Origin: Candidatus Daviesbacteria bacterium
GTDB lineage: Bacteria; Patescibacteriota; Microgenomatia; Daviesbacterales; UBA10151
Reading direction: 5' to 3'
Length of the DNA stretch: 64,000 nucleotides
NCBI GenBank assembly: GCA_028715175.1
Contig: JAQUSJ010000001.1
Coordinates: 7,760 to 71,759 of the forward strand
Shown here: positions 28,480 through 37,106 of the stretch, one piece after another
Layout of the letters: every line of letters starts with the position of its first letter
Position numbering within the stretch: position 1 is the stretch's first letter
Made by a program: the position numbers and the translations under genes
Notes under the pieces: model-generated
Database searches by the model: none
Told to the model about the DNA's origin: nothing
The model's input: only the letters and a program-made list of their open reading frames with translations

Positions 28480-29691
28480 ATGGATAGATTTAAAAATTAT
28501 TTTTCAGGAATTAACCGGAACGTTGTTATTTTAGGCGTAGTTAGCTTATTAACTGATTTAAGCGGCCAGATGGTTTTTCCGTTGTTACCTTTGTATATTA
28601 CTACGGTTTTAGGCGGTGGAGCTGTAGCGGTCGGTTTGGTTGAAGGCGCAGCAGAGGCAACTGCCTCTCTTTTGAAAGTCGTTTCTGGTTATTGGTCGGA
28701 TAAAATCAGAAAAAGAAAGCCATTTGTTTTTTTTGGCTACACGCTGTCGGCTATAATGAAGCCGGTGTTGGTCTTTGCTGGAAATTGGTTTACAATCTTA
28801 GTAATCCGCATTGGCGACCGAATTGGTAAAGGTTTACGGGACGCACCGCGCGATGCGATTATTGCGGAATCAAACGACCGAGCAACTATAGGCAAGGCCT
28901 ATGGTTTTAACAGGGCTTTAGATGGATTAGGTTCAGTGGGTGGCGCAGTATTGGCATTTTTATTATTACCTGTTTTCGGCTTTGCAAATCTATTTAAATT
29001 GGCAGTCATTCCTGGCCTTATTTCGGTGGCAGTTATTTTTTTAGTCAAAGAACCGGCCAGGGTTGAAAAAGTTAAGAAAAAAATTTCCCTGCGATTGGGA
29101 TTTTCCGAATTAACCCGTGAGTTAAAAATATTTATACTAATCGCTACAATTTTTACTTTAGGAAACTATAATTATGCTTTTTTGATGCTAAGGGCGCAGG
29201 CTAACGGTCTGGACAATGAAAAAACCATCATGCTTTATGCGCTTTTTTATTTAATTTATACACTGCTATCGATGCGGGCAGGAATGCTATCTGATAAATT
29301 CGGGCGCAGACCAGTAATTTTGGCTGGTTATATTATATTCACCATACTTTCCTTCGGCTTATATCTGTTTAATGGTTTAACCTTCACTATTATTTCATTT
29401 GTCTTGTTCGGTATATTTTTCGCCTTGATCGATGGTGCTCAACGAGCCTTAGTCTCTGATTTATCACCGGTTGAAATTAAAGGAACAGCCCTGGGCACTT
29501 TTCATACCTTTACCGGTTTAGCTGCCATGCCAGCGGGCTTTATTGCCGGTCAGCTTTGGACCGTAATTAATTCTGGTGCGACATTTTTGTTTGGAACTAT
29601 AATCGGGATTATTTCTGTATCTGTATTTTATTTGCTACTTTATAAAGGCTACGGGTCGAAAAGAGAAGTTTTAACACACTCAAACGAATAA
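28480..29691 (+). CDS. MFS transporter
   Basis: 12 TM helices, GDRIGKG and DKFGRRP MFS loop motifs. Confidence 0.8.
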   Translation: MDRFKNYFSGINRNVVILGVVSLLTDLSGQMVFPLLPLYITTVLGGGAVAVGLVEGAAEATASLLKVVSGYWSDKIRKRKPFVFFGYTLSAIMKPVLVFAGNWFTILVIRIGDRIGKGLRDAPRDAIIAESNDRATIGKAYGFNRALDGLGSVGGAVLAFLLLPVFGFANLFKLAVIPGLISVAVIFLVKEPARVEKVKKKISLRLGFSELTRELKIFILIATIFTLGNYNYAFLMLRAQANGLDNEKTIMLYALFYLIYTLLSMRAGMLSDKFGRRPVILAGYIIFTILSFGLYLFNGLTFTIISFVLFGIFFALIDGAQRALVSDLSPVEIKGTALGTFHTFTGLAAMPAGFIAGQLWTVINSGATFLFGTIIGIISVSVFYLLLYKGYGSKREVLTHSNE

Positions 29692-29706
29692 TGATATAAT
29701 AATTTT

Positions 29707-29952
29707 ATGTTTGATTGGAATATCGCCAATCCAAACTTAAGTATCTTCTTGCTGATAGTTTGGGAGGCTTCGTGGAAAGGAATTGCTCTTTGGAAATCTG
29801 CCAAAAGAGGAGACAGGCTTTGGTTTGTTGCCATGTTTTTAATCAACTTTTTTGGACTCATCCCCATCTTTTACCTTTGGAGAACTAAACAATTAGAAGA
29901 CGTTTTAAAAGATTTTCAGAATTTCTTTAAATTAAGATTTAAGAGGAAATAA
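29707..29952 (+). CDS. small membrane protein (PLD-nuclease N-terminal-like domain)
   Basis: Two TM helices with KSAKRGDRLWFVAMFLINFFGLIPIFYLW. Confidence 0.45.
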   Translation: MFDWNIANPNLSIFLLIVWEASWKGIALWKSAKRGDRLWFVAMFLINFFGLIPIFYLWRTKQLEDVLKDFQNFFKLRFKRK

Positions 29953-29961
29953 ACAAGTTTG

Positions 29962-30588
29962 TTACTTCGTAATAAGCAGCAGATATTCTTTGTTCCCTGC
30001 TCCGCCTAAAATTGGTGACTCCATGCAATCGTTTATTGCAAATTGCAAATCGTTAATTGTTTTAATTATCTGATCTTTTACTTTTTCAGCGATCTCAGGA
30101 GACAAAACACCCTTTACTAAATCTTTTTTCTCAGCTTCGTAATGTGGTTTAAGCAAAGCGATAATAAACCCACCTGGCTTAAGGAATTTTTTAATCACTG
30201 GCAAAACCAGTTCCAGCTTAGTCCAGCCGGCATCAATAGTGACTAGATCTACTTTTTCCACCTCGGAGGAGCCAGAACCCACCCCCGAGGTGTCTTTAGC
30301 TTTCCCACCTTCCAGGTGGGCTTTGACTCCTGGAAGGTGTGCCAAATACAGAACATTTGTCCGCTCCATTACCACTACTCTTGGATCATTGCGCAGCTTC
30401 CAGGCCAGTTCTCCGTAAGAAGTATCCAGGGCATATACTTTTCTAGCCCCATTTTGCAGTAAACAATCTACAAATCCTCCGGTTGAAGAACCTACATCTA
30501 AAACAACTTTATCTGTAACATCAACTTTAAATTGATCTAAGGCTGCTTGAAGTTTGATTCCTCCTCTGGAAACAAATTGTCTATCCAT
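29962..30588 (-). CDS. tlyA: TlyA-family rRNA 2'-O-methyltransferase (FtsJ-like)
   Basis: SAM-binding LDVGSSTGGFVDCLLQNGARKVYALD. Confidence 0.75.
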   Translation of the reverse strand: MDRQFVSRGGIKLQAALDQFKVDVTDKVVLDVGSSTGGFVDCLLQNGARKVYALDTSYGELAWKLRNDPRVVVMERTNVLYLAHLPGVKAHLEGGKAKDTSGVGSGSSEVEKVDLVTIDAGWTKLELVLPVIKKFLKPGGFIIALLKPHYEAEKKDLVKGVLSPEIAEKVKDQIIKTINDLQFAINDCMESPILGGAGNKEYLLLITK

Positions 30589-30985
30589 TTTTGATTTCTA
30601 AAGCCTTTTTTAAAAGTTCCTTATCCTGAGAAAAAGTTAACTGTTTTAAAGCGTCTTCCGGCTCGTACCAGCCGGATTCTTCCACCTCAAAGTCATGATC
30701 GGCAATATCACCTGAGACGTATTTCATTAAAAAATAAACCACCACTTTAAATATCCTCTCTCCTTTCAGGGTATAGACATATTTGGAATAACCTACTTTA
30801 CCGATAATTTCAGCCTCTATGCCCCCTTCTTCTTTAACTTCTCTTATGGCTGCTTCTTCACTGGTCTGCCCAGGATCAATCAAACCTTTGGGGAAGCTCC
30901 AGTGTTTATTTTGGGAATGCTTAGTCAAAAGCACCTGACCTTTTTCATTAAAAACTATTCCACCAGCACTAAATTCTCGTTTCAT
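30581..30985 (-). CDS. NUDIX hydrolase
   Basis: Nudix box GLIDPGQTSEEAAIREVKEEGGIEAEI; start taken at MKREFSAGG so as not to overlap tRNA-Arg. Confidence 0.75.
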   Translation of the reverse strand: MKREFSAGGIVFNEKGQVLLTKHSQNKHWSFPKGLIDPGQTSEEAAIREVKEEGGIEAEIIGKVGYSKYVYTLKGERIFKVVVYFLMKYVSGDIADHDFEVEESGWYEPEDALKQLTFSQDKELLKKALEIKNG

Positions 30986-30995
30986 GTTTTTAAGG

Positions 30996-31068
30996 CGTGC
31001 CCGAGAGGATTCGAACCTCCAATCCCGAGATCCGGAATCTCGTGCTTTGTCCATTGAGCCACGGGCAC
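30996..31068 (-). tRNA. tRNA-Arg (CCG)
   Basis: Acceptor GTGCCCG/CGGGCAC, anticodon arm CGAGA-TTCCGGA-TCTCG, T-arm GGAGG-TTCGAAT-CCTCT. Confidence 0.8.
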
Positions 31069-31078
31069 ATACTGTAAG

Positions 31079-31165
31079 CGGTGGGAGCAGGATTCGAACC
31101 TGCGGTCACCTTTCGGCAACAGATGTTTTCGAAACATCCGCTCTAGGCCACTAAGCGATCCCACC
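31079..31165 (-). tRNA. tRNA-Ser (CGA)
   Basis: Acceptor GGTGGGA/TCCCACC, anticodon arm GATGT-TTCGAAA-ACATC, long variable arm TGTTGCCGAAAGGTGACC. Confidence 0.85.
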
Positions 31166-31170
31166 CTCTG

Positions 31171-31244
31171 CACCCCTGAAAGGATTCGAACCTTCGACCT
31201 CAACGTCCGCAACGTTGCGCTCTAATCCGCTGAGCTACAGGGGT
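31171..31244 (-). tRNA. tRNA-Arg (anticodon GCG as read; A1-U72 acceptor)
   Basis: Acceptor ACCCCTG/CAGGGGT, D-arm GCTCAGCGGATTAGAGC, anticodon arm CAACG-TTGCGGA-CGTTG, T-arm GAAGG-TTCGAAT-CCTTT. Confidence 0.7.
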
Positions 31245-31308
31245 AGGCACATGGGTATTTTAGCATTATTAGATTGCCACGGCCACTACGTGGCCTCGCA
31301 ATGACAAT

Positions 31309-31338
31309 GTCTGAAAGCTGATAGCTGAAGACTGAAAG
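31309..31338. repeat. half-copy of the dispersed palindromic repeat family (tcagct/tcagac words)
   Basis: gtctgaaagctgatagctgaagactgaaag is the reverse complement of the left-arm words of the 37666, 50757 and 59027 elements; preceded by the small palindrome ggccactacgtggcc. Confidence 0.4.
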
Positions 31339-31920
31339 TTATCTATGTATATTTTCCAATGGAAAATGTTTTTGCAAGCCTTCTGACCATTTCTCCATCC
31401 ATGATTTATAAGGTACCTCCACAAAGGGTAAAAAGCGGGCAACAGTTTTTTTGACTTTCTCTTCATCTCCATCTTGCAGCACCAACATTAACTGAGCCGG
31501 AAAACGCAGTCTGGTTTGAATATGCAATATTTTTGATCCGTCTTTCTCTTTAAGCCAGAAGGCATCCAAAAAATGCCAGAAGTAGAAATCTTCGCCGATG
31601 GTAATCCCCTGGGTGGAAATCCGGTATTCTATATTATGCGGCGGTACAAAAGCCAATACATAAGCCACAAAGGCAAAAGATAAAATAGTGGCAATCAGTA
31701 AAAATTCTTTAGCTAAAAATAGTATTAAAACCAGCAAAATGACAATAATTGCTAAAGTGGTATAGTAAGACCTGTCTTTTTTTCTAAAAGGACGGGCCGG
31801 CGCCTTCCAGGAAAGTAAAGTTTTAATCTCTTCCGCCTCCATCATTTTAGGGGTAAAAAATTCTGGTCTGTTGGTTTCTATCGGGTCTTTCTTAGACTGC
31901 TTGGCGGTATCTTTGGGCAT
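31339..31920 (-). CDS. hypothetical membrane protein
   Basis: Two central TM helices; 193 aa. Confidence 0.4.
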   Translation of the reverse strand: MPKDTAKQSKKDPIETNRPEFFTPKMMEAEEIKTLLSWKAPARPFRKKDRSYYTTLAIIVILLVLILFLAKEFLLIATILSFAFVAYVLAFVPPHNIEYRISTQGITIGEDFYFWHFLDAFWLKEKDGSKILHIQTRLRFPAQLMLVLQDGDEEKVKKTVARFLPFVEVPYKSWMEKWSEGLQKHFPLENIHR

Positions 31921-32003
31921 TTGTCTTTAGTTTAACTTTAAAAGGGTTCTATGTAAAGCGACATGGATTATCAAGTACTAGTTTGCTACAATTAGCTCCT
32001 AAG

Positions 32004-32091
32004 GGTGGGGTGCTTGGAGTGGTTTATCAGGTTGGTCTTGAAAACCAATGGCCGAGCAATCGGCCCGTGAGTTCGAATCTCACCCCCACCG
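32004..32091 (+). tRNA. tRNA-Ser (UGA)
   Basis: Acceptor GGTGGGG/CCCCACC, anticodon arm TTGGT-CTTGAAA-ACCAA, long variable arm TGGCCGAGCAATCGGCCC. Confidence 0.85.
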
Positions 32092-32114
32092 CCCTTTGGT
32101 ATAATATCCCATAA

Positions 32115-32201
32115 GGAGAGGTCGCTTAGTGGCCTAGAGCGGCGCAGTGCTAATGCGTTGTCCCTGTAAGGGGACCGTGGGTTCGAATCCCACCCTCTCC
32201 G
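32115..32201 (+). tRNA. tRNA-Ser (GCU)
   Basis: Acceptor GGAGAGG/CCTCTCC, anticodon arm GCGCA-GTGCTAA-TGCGT, long variable arm TGTCCCTGTAAGGGGACC. Confidence 0.85.
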
Positions 32202-32241
32202 CAAATTTGATCTTCTCTCCAATATCCTATAAAATATTGCG

Positions 32242-32691
32242 ATGCGTTTAAAAGAATGTCTAGAGGGAACACCTATTTACCTTTGCGGAACTCCTGCTGT
32301 AGGATTTAGAGAGAGCTGGTACAATCGATTACGCGATGAAATATTTCTTCATCTTCAAGCTTTAAACGAGAAAACTCTTCTAAGAGGAAGTCATGCTGAA
32401 GATTTAAAGACGGTAGCCAGAACTGGTACTGACCAGCCATATTTATCGATGACATATGTGGTTCCTTGTATAGATATTTGTAGCATCGATTACCCCTTTG
32501 GAATAGCAACTACAATAATGCTTGTTTATCGATCTTCAGCGCTACGTGAAATGGCAGGAGATGCAGAAAACATGGGGGTGGACTTTAATAGATACGAGTT
32601 TATAACCGATCCAAAAGAAGCATTACTCGGAATAATTGACCTCCGGGAAGTTAAAAAACGACTTAAAACACTTCCGAGCATATGGGATTAA
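32242..32691 (+). CDS. hypothetical protein
   Basis: ORF of 149 aa; no recognised motifs. Confidence 0.35.
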   Translation: MRLKECLEGTPIYLCGTPAVGFRESWYNRLRDEIFLHLQALNEKTLLRGSHAEDLKTVARTGTDQPYLSMTYVVPCIDICSIDYPFGIATTIMLVYRSSALREMAGDAENMGVDFNRYEFITDPKEALLGIIDLREVKKRLKTLPSIWD

Positions 32692-33390
32692 CTATCTAGC
32701 CAAAGTAAGCGCCCAGACTTTTTTGGCTCCAGCTCTTTTCAGTTCGTAACAACATTCCCGAAGGGTTGAACCGGTAGTCCAGACATCATCAATTAAAAGT
32801 ATGTAGGGAGTAGTTGGTAGTTGGGAGTTGGGAGAAAGCGCAAAAGCATTACGGATATTTTTGTGCCGATCATAACCTTTTAACTTAACTTGGGACTTTG
32901 TATAGCGAATACGTTTTATGCCGTCGCAATAAGCTAAACCTAATTTTTTGGATAACATTTGTCCTATAAGAGAGGACTGATTAAAACCCCTGCTGTTTTC
33001 TCTCCAGAAATGCAGCGGCACCGGAATTACTACCCAATCCTCTCCTCTGTTTTTCTTAATCTGGTCAAAAACAAACGGCTGGAATTTTGCCCAATATTCA
33101 ATGGTAATATCTACAAGAGTCTCTGCAAATCCTTTGACTTTACCATATTTAAGCTGCTTGATAGCTTCCCGGAGAGAACCCTGGTAAATCCCCAGACTCC
33201 AAAGCCCATCCAGACCATATTTTCTTTTGCAAATCGGGTGAGTTTGTCCGCCAACAGCCAGTCTTTCACATTTCGGGCAGACAAGATCGGTTTGTAAAAT
33301 ATCTGAAATACAATTTTTACAAAAATATGTATCAAATTTTCCGCAACCGACACATTTTTTAGGAAAAAGCAAATCTAAAATTAAATTCAT
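32692..33390 (-). CDS. comF: ComF-family protein (phosphoribosyltransferase-domain competence protein)
   Basis: N-terminal Cys4 zinc finger (CVGCGK...CPKCER) and PRTase motif LIDDVWTTGSTL. Confidence 0.75.
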   Translation of the reverse strand: MNLILDLLFPKKCVGCGKFDTYFCKNCISDILQTDLVCPKCERLAVGGQTHPICKRKYGLDGLWSLGIYQGSLREAIKQLKYGKVKGFAETLVDITIEYWAKFQPFVFDQIKKNRGEDWVVIPVPLHFWRENSRGFNQSSLIGQMLSKKLGLAYCDGIKRIRYTKSQVKLKGYDRHKNIRNAFALSPNSQLPTTPYILLIDDVWTTGSTLRECCYELKRAGAKKVWALTLAR

Positions 33391-33432
33391 AATAGTTGAT
33401 TTTAGGCCTAATTTATGGTAATATAATGGCCT

Positions 33433-33851
33433 GGGGATGTATAGTCTCGACAGGATTGCTCTTTAAAAACTGCAAGCCGTTAAGGAAACATTAAACGTTA
33501 AATATTGTTTCAAAACACAAACGGCAATGATATTGCTCGTTACCTGAAGCAGTTCGCTGCTAAGATCGCAGGCGCTAACCCATTTATGGGTCAGCAACTC
33601 GCTTTCCGAATAGCTTATAGCTAAAGGTTACTTTAGAAATTGTTCTCTTTCTGACGGAACACTAAGGTACGTACAAAGTCAGGATGCTGTTAATACAATT
33701 TTGATCGATCAGTATTAACAAAAGAAAGTTTGGTCATTCAATAGTTTTCCTGCTAATTGGTTACAACTATTGAATAAAAATTAATTAGCTAAGCTTGTAG
33801 AAGTTTTTTTAGTTGCAATTTTGGACGGGGGTGCAAAACCCCCCATCTCCA
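33433..33851 (+). ncRNA. ssrA: tmRNA (ssrA)
   Basis: 5' end GGGGATGTATAGTCTCGACAGGA resembles the tmRNA tRNA-like 5' end (GGGGCUGAUUCUGGAUUCGACGGGA). 3' end GGACGGGGGTGCAAAACCCCCCATCTCCA parallels the E. coli tmRNA 3' GGACGGGGGTTCAAATCCCCCCAGCTCCACCA, with acceptor GGGGATG/CATCTCC. TTGATT-N19-ATATAAT promoter just upstream; smpB lies 0.6 kb away. Confidence 0.7.
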
Positions 33852-33891
33852 CACCATTGACTATTGCTCCACAGTAGTATACGCTGAGAGC

Positions 33892-34359
33892 ATGAAAAAG
33901 AAGTGCATTAAGTGCCATAGAATATTTGTGGCATCCAGCAGACACAAACTGTGTCCATCTTGTAGGGGACAAATATACAAAAAGCCGTGTCCTAATTGCG
34001 GAAAACTTATCCAACCAAAATCATTTCTTTGTGGCAAATGCGACGGTACACACAGAAGGAAAAAAGATGGGTCTATTTATAATGATAGGAAAGGTTACGC
34101 TCTTATTTTATCAAGAGATCATCCGAGAGCATCAAATCGTTATGTTTTTGAACATATTTTGGTAATGGAGAAAAAATTGGGAAGACATTTATTGCCTAAT
34201 GAAAACATTCACCATAAGAACGGAGTTAAAAACGATAATCGTATTGAAAATTTGGAATTATGGGTTAGACCACAACCAACTGGAGTTAGGGCTAAAGATG
34301 CCATAATGTGGGCAAAGGAAATATTAAAAACTTACGGAAACGACGAAAATCAGTATTAA
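33892..34359 (+). CDS. HNH endonuclease (homing-endonuclease-like)
   Basis: Zinc-ribbon Cys pairs at the N-terminus; HNH core ILVMEKKLGRHLLPNENIHHKNGVKNDNRIENLELW. Confidence 0.7.
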   Translation: MKKKCIKCHRIFVASSRHKLCPSCRGQIYKKPCPNCGKLIQPKSFLCGKCDGTHRRKKDGSIYNDRKGYALILSRDHPRASNRYVFEHILVMEKKLGRHLLPNENIHHKNGVKNDNRIENLELWVRPQPTGVRAKDAIMWAKEILKTYGNDENQY

Positions 34360-34412
34360 AAATACGTTTACAAGATTGCTTCGCTAATCGCTCGCAATGA
34401 CGTAAAAGCAAA

Positions 34413-34853
34413 TTATTCTTTTCCTCTTAGTTCCTGTTCTACTCTTCTTTGGTGATCCCGTTCTTTAAGTGCTTTTCTGTGATCAAATTCTTTTTTGCTT
34501 TTCGCCAAACCGATCTCCACTTTAAACCGGTTGTTTTTTTCATAAATGGAAACCGGCACCAGGGTTACGGATTTGCCGGAAGTTTTGCCTATCAAAGAAT
34601 TGATTTGATCCTTATGAAGCAGTAACTTCCTGCTTCTTCCCGCGTCATATTCCTTATCTGAAGCTTGAATATACAACGGGATATTGGCATTAATCAAAAA
34701 CGCCTCGCCGTTTAGAACCCTGACATGGCTTTCTCCTAAATCAATTCTCCCTGCTCTGATAGATTTAACCTCAGCGCCGGATAAAACAACCCCCGCTTCC
34801 AAATGCTCCAGAATGTGATAATTGTGAAGGGCTTTACGGTTGATAATTCTCAT
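34413..34853 (-). CDS. smpB: SsrA-binding protein
   Basis: MRIINRKALHNYHILEHLEAGVVLSGAEVKSIRAGRIDL... is the canonical SmpB sequence. Confidence 0.9.
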   Translation of the reverse strand: MRIINRKALHNYHILEHLEAGVVLSGAEVKSIRAGRIDLGESHVRVLNGEAFLINANIPLYIQASDKEYDAGRSRKLLLHKDQINSLIGKTSGKSVTLVPVSIYEKNNRFKVEIGLAKSKKEFDHRKALKERDHQRRVEQELRGKE

Positions 34854-34977
34854 AGCGACAATGGATTATAGAAAATGGAAGATAGTATTTTGAAAATAGA
34901 TTATCGAAGATAGAGAATAATCTAACCTCTACTTTCCACCTTCTACCACTATTTTCTACATTCTACCACCTATCGTC

Positions 34978-36861
34978 CTATTTTAAATCTGCAGTATATA
35001 TCTTACTCCCCTCAATTAAATAAACTTTTTTATTTTTCTCATCCACCACCAAATCCGTGGCTACGCCAAACTTAGCCCCGGTAATTTGTCCTTTGTAACT
35101 GCCTGTTTTAGTTAGAATCAAAAGCCGGGAATTGCCGGAATCCAAAAGATAAAGATTATCGGTATCGGATGAGGTAAATATGCTTTTCGGATCTTTAACC
35201 CCGGAGGGTAGCCCGGAATAGGAAAAATTATCTTTATTACCTTTGGTAAACCTCAAAATTTCTCCTCCGTTTTTAAGAACATAAACCGAGGATTCAATCT
35301 GCATCCTCAAAGTACCGCTTAAATCAACCTTGGTCTCTTTGCTTAGATATTCCCTTTTGTCCGAATATCCTTCAGCGGCGGGCAAGTATTTCCAGATTTG
35401 CCCTGAGCCTGCCGAAGGATTACCGGAGTCCAAAAGATAAACATTGCCGGCAAAACCGTAAATATCTTTAATATCTCCCCAATCACTATCTTTTTTGGCA
35501 ACAGTAGTTAGTTTTGAATTTGCTATATCTACCTTCAAAATGCCTTTATCCTGTGAATAGACAAACGAGAACCCTCCGTTGATCGAAGCAAAAGAAGCTT
35601 CGCCCAATTTTTCGCTCCCTGCCAGAATTTGATTGCTCTTTTTTGCCAAGTCTACCACCGCCAGTGTTTTGACTCCCTGATCCAGCAATAATAATTTACC
35701 TCCTGACAAACTCATTTGGGTAGCCTGAAAATTTTTCTTGACTAAATCCATATCCAGAAATACCGGAAAATCAAAAACGCTTGATTGTTGCAAAATTCCA
35801 GCAGAATCCTGCTCAATCTGATTCTTAAAACTCAAGGCTTCCTGGTCTTTCGGTTTAAGAACCAGCGCTTTATTGACTTTATCCTGAGCCGTATCCAGTT
35901 TATTTTTGGCGTCAGTTGGGTTTAAGCTGGCAATAGCTTTGGCAGAGTTAAAATCGTCTTTTGCCTGCTGCAAAAGCTCGCTAAACTGCGTTTGCCTTTC
36001 GCGGTCGCGACTCAACTTATATTTGTAGCCAATACCGGAAGCAATAATTAAAAGCAGCACGACTGCCAAAATTAACCTGCCTCTGCCGCTTTTTGGGAAA
36101 TATGTCTTTAACCATTTGGATAAACGGAAAGCGTAACTCGCAATAGCTTTAACTGGCAGCGATATTTTCTTCGCAGAGTCTTCGCTAATGTTTTGTTCTA
36201 CCAGATTCACTTCTTCTTCTCGGGGAGACAGAGGTGAAATTTCCGTATCTTCTTCCGTAATAGCTACTGCCAAAGCAGCCAATCCCTGGTTGTCTAACTC
36301 GGAGGCGCCAATTTTACTTTCAATTTCTTCTTCAAAACTTTCAATTGGCAAATCCAGAGATTTTTCCAACTCCGATCCCAAAAAAGTGATAAAACTTTTT
36401 GTGGAAATAAGCAATTTGTCGCCGTCTTCCAAAAATCCGGAAACGAGACAAGCTTCTTGCTTTGCAGCAGACTGCGAGGGAGTGCCGACCGATAAAAGTG
36501 ATAACAACTTATCTTTACGTTTTAAGTTAACTTCAACCTGACCTTTACCAATCAGATACAGTATCTTGCCGGAAATAACTGCTAAACCTAAACTAAAATC
36601 TTCTTCCCCTAAAAATTTTTCCTCAAACTCCTTAAAAGTAGCAGTTAATTTCTCTCCTGCTCCGCCTTCTGACTCAAAATAAAAATCTTCAATTTCGGAA
36701 AGCGCGGCTCTGCCTTTGGTAAAAGCATCGTCGGAAATCAATTCCAAAACTGCCAAAAAAGTACTATCCTCCCGTACCGCCGAAGCTGCTTGAGCAGCTT
36801 TTTGATCAGTATTTAATCCAATAACCTGCGCTATTTTTAATTTCATCAGAGTATCCCCCAA
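34978..36861 (-). CDS. membrane-anchored protein with N-terminal PP2C-like fold region and C-terminal NHL/beta-propeller-like repeats
   Basis: Central TM helix (LILAVVLLLIIASGIGY); C-terminal repeats of the LYLLDSGNSRLLIL type; weak PP2C-like N-terminal similarity. Confidence 0.4.
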   Translation of the reverse strand: MGDTLMKLKIAQVIGLNTDQKAAQAASAVREDSTFLAVLELISDDAFTKGRAALSEIEDFYFESEGGAGEKLTATFKEFEEKFLGEEDFSLGLAVISGKILYLIGKGQVEVNLKRKDKLLSLLSVGTPSQSAAKQEACLVSGFLEDGDKLLISTKSFITFLGSELEKSLDLPIESFEEEIESKIGASELDNQGLAALAVAITEEDTEISPLSPREEEVNLVEQNISEDSAKKISLPVKAIASYAFRLSKWLKTYFPKSGRGRLILAVVLLLIIASGIGYKYKLSRDRERQTQFSELLQQAKDDFNSAKAIASLNPTDAKNKLDTAQDKVNKALVLKPKDQEALSFKNQIEQDSAGILQQSSVFDFPVFLDMDLVKKNFQATQMSLSGGKLLLLDQGVKTLAVVDLAKKSNQILAGSEKLGEASFASINGGFSFVYSQDKGILKVDIANSKLTTVAKKDSDWGDIKDIYGFAGNVYLLDSGNPSAGSGQIWKYLPAAEGYSDKREYLSKETKVDLSGTLRMQIESSVYVLKNGGEILRFTKGNKDNFSYSGLPSGVKDPKSIFTSSDTDNLYLLDSGNSRLLILTKTGSYKGQITGAKFGVATDLVVDEKNKKVYLIEGSKIYTADLK

Positions 36862-37106
36862 GCCAAAATTATGAATCCGATAGCCAATCCAGCATGCACA
36901 ATAGCTATCGCTCTGAGTAAAGGCGAAATTCTTGTTATAAGAGTCTTGCTCATTAAATCAACTTGTCTAACAATAATCAAGGAAAATATAGCGTAAAATA
37001 TCAAAATTAGCAAAATTGCACCTTTGGTAAAGATCAAAATATAATCATTGCTTATTAAGCTTTGTGTTACAGTTGTAGGCATTGTTTCCCTATTCCGGAA
37101 CCACAC
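36846..37106 (-). CDS. small membrane protein
   Basis: Two TM helices; overlaps the upstream gene by 16 nt. Confidence 0.3.
   Translation of the reverse strand: MWFRNRETMPTTVTQSLISNDYILIFTKGAILLILIFYAIFSLIIVRQVDLMSKTLITRISPLLRAIAIVHAGLAIGFIILAWGIL

Noticed and set aside
30982-31212. 76-aa minus-strand ORF overlapping three tRNA genes
   Set aside because: Coincides exactly with tRNA-Arg/Ser/Arg sequences; the tRNA folds are far better supported.
31992-32222. 76-aa minus-strand ORF antisense to tRNA-Ser(UGA) and tRNA-Ser(GCU)
   Set aside because: Antisense shadow of two well-folded tRNA genes.
33781-34014. 77-aa minus-strand ORF overlapping the tmRNA 3' end and the HNH gene start
   Set aside because: Overlaps the tmRNA T-arm/acceptor and the 5' end of a motif-supported HNH gene on the other strand.
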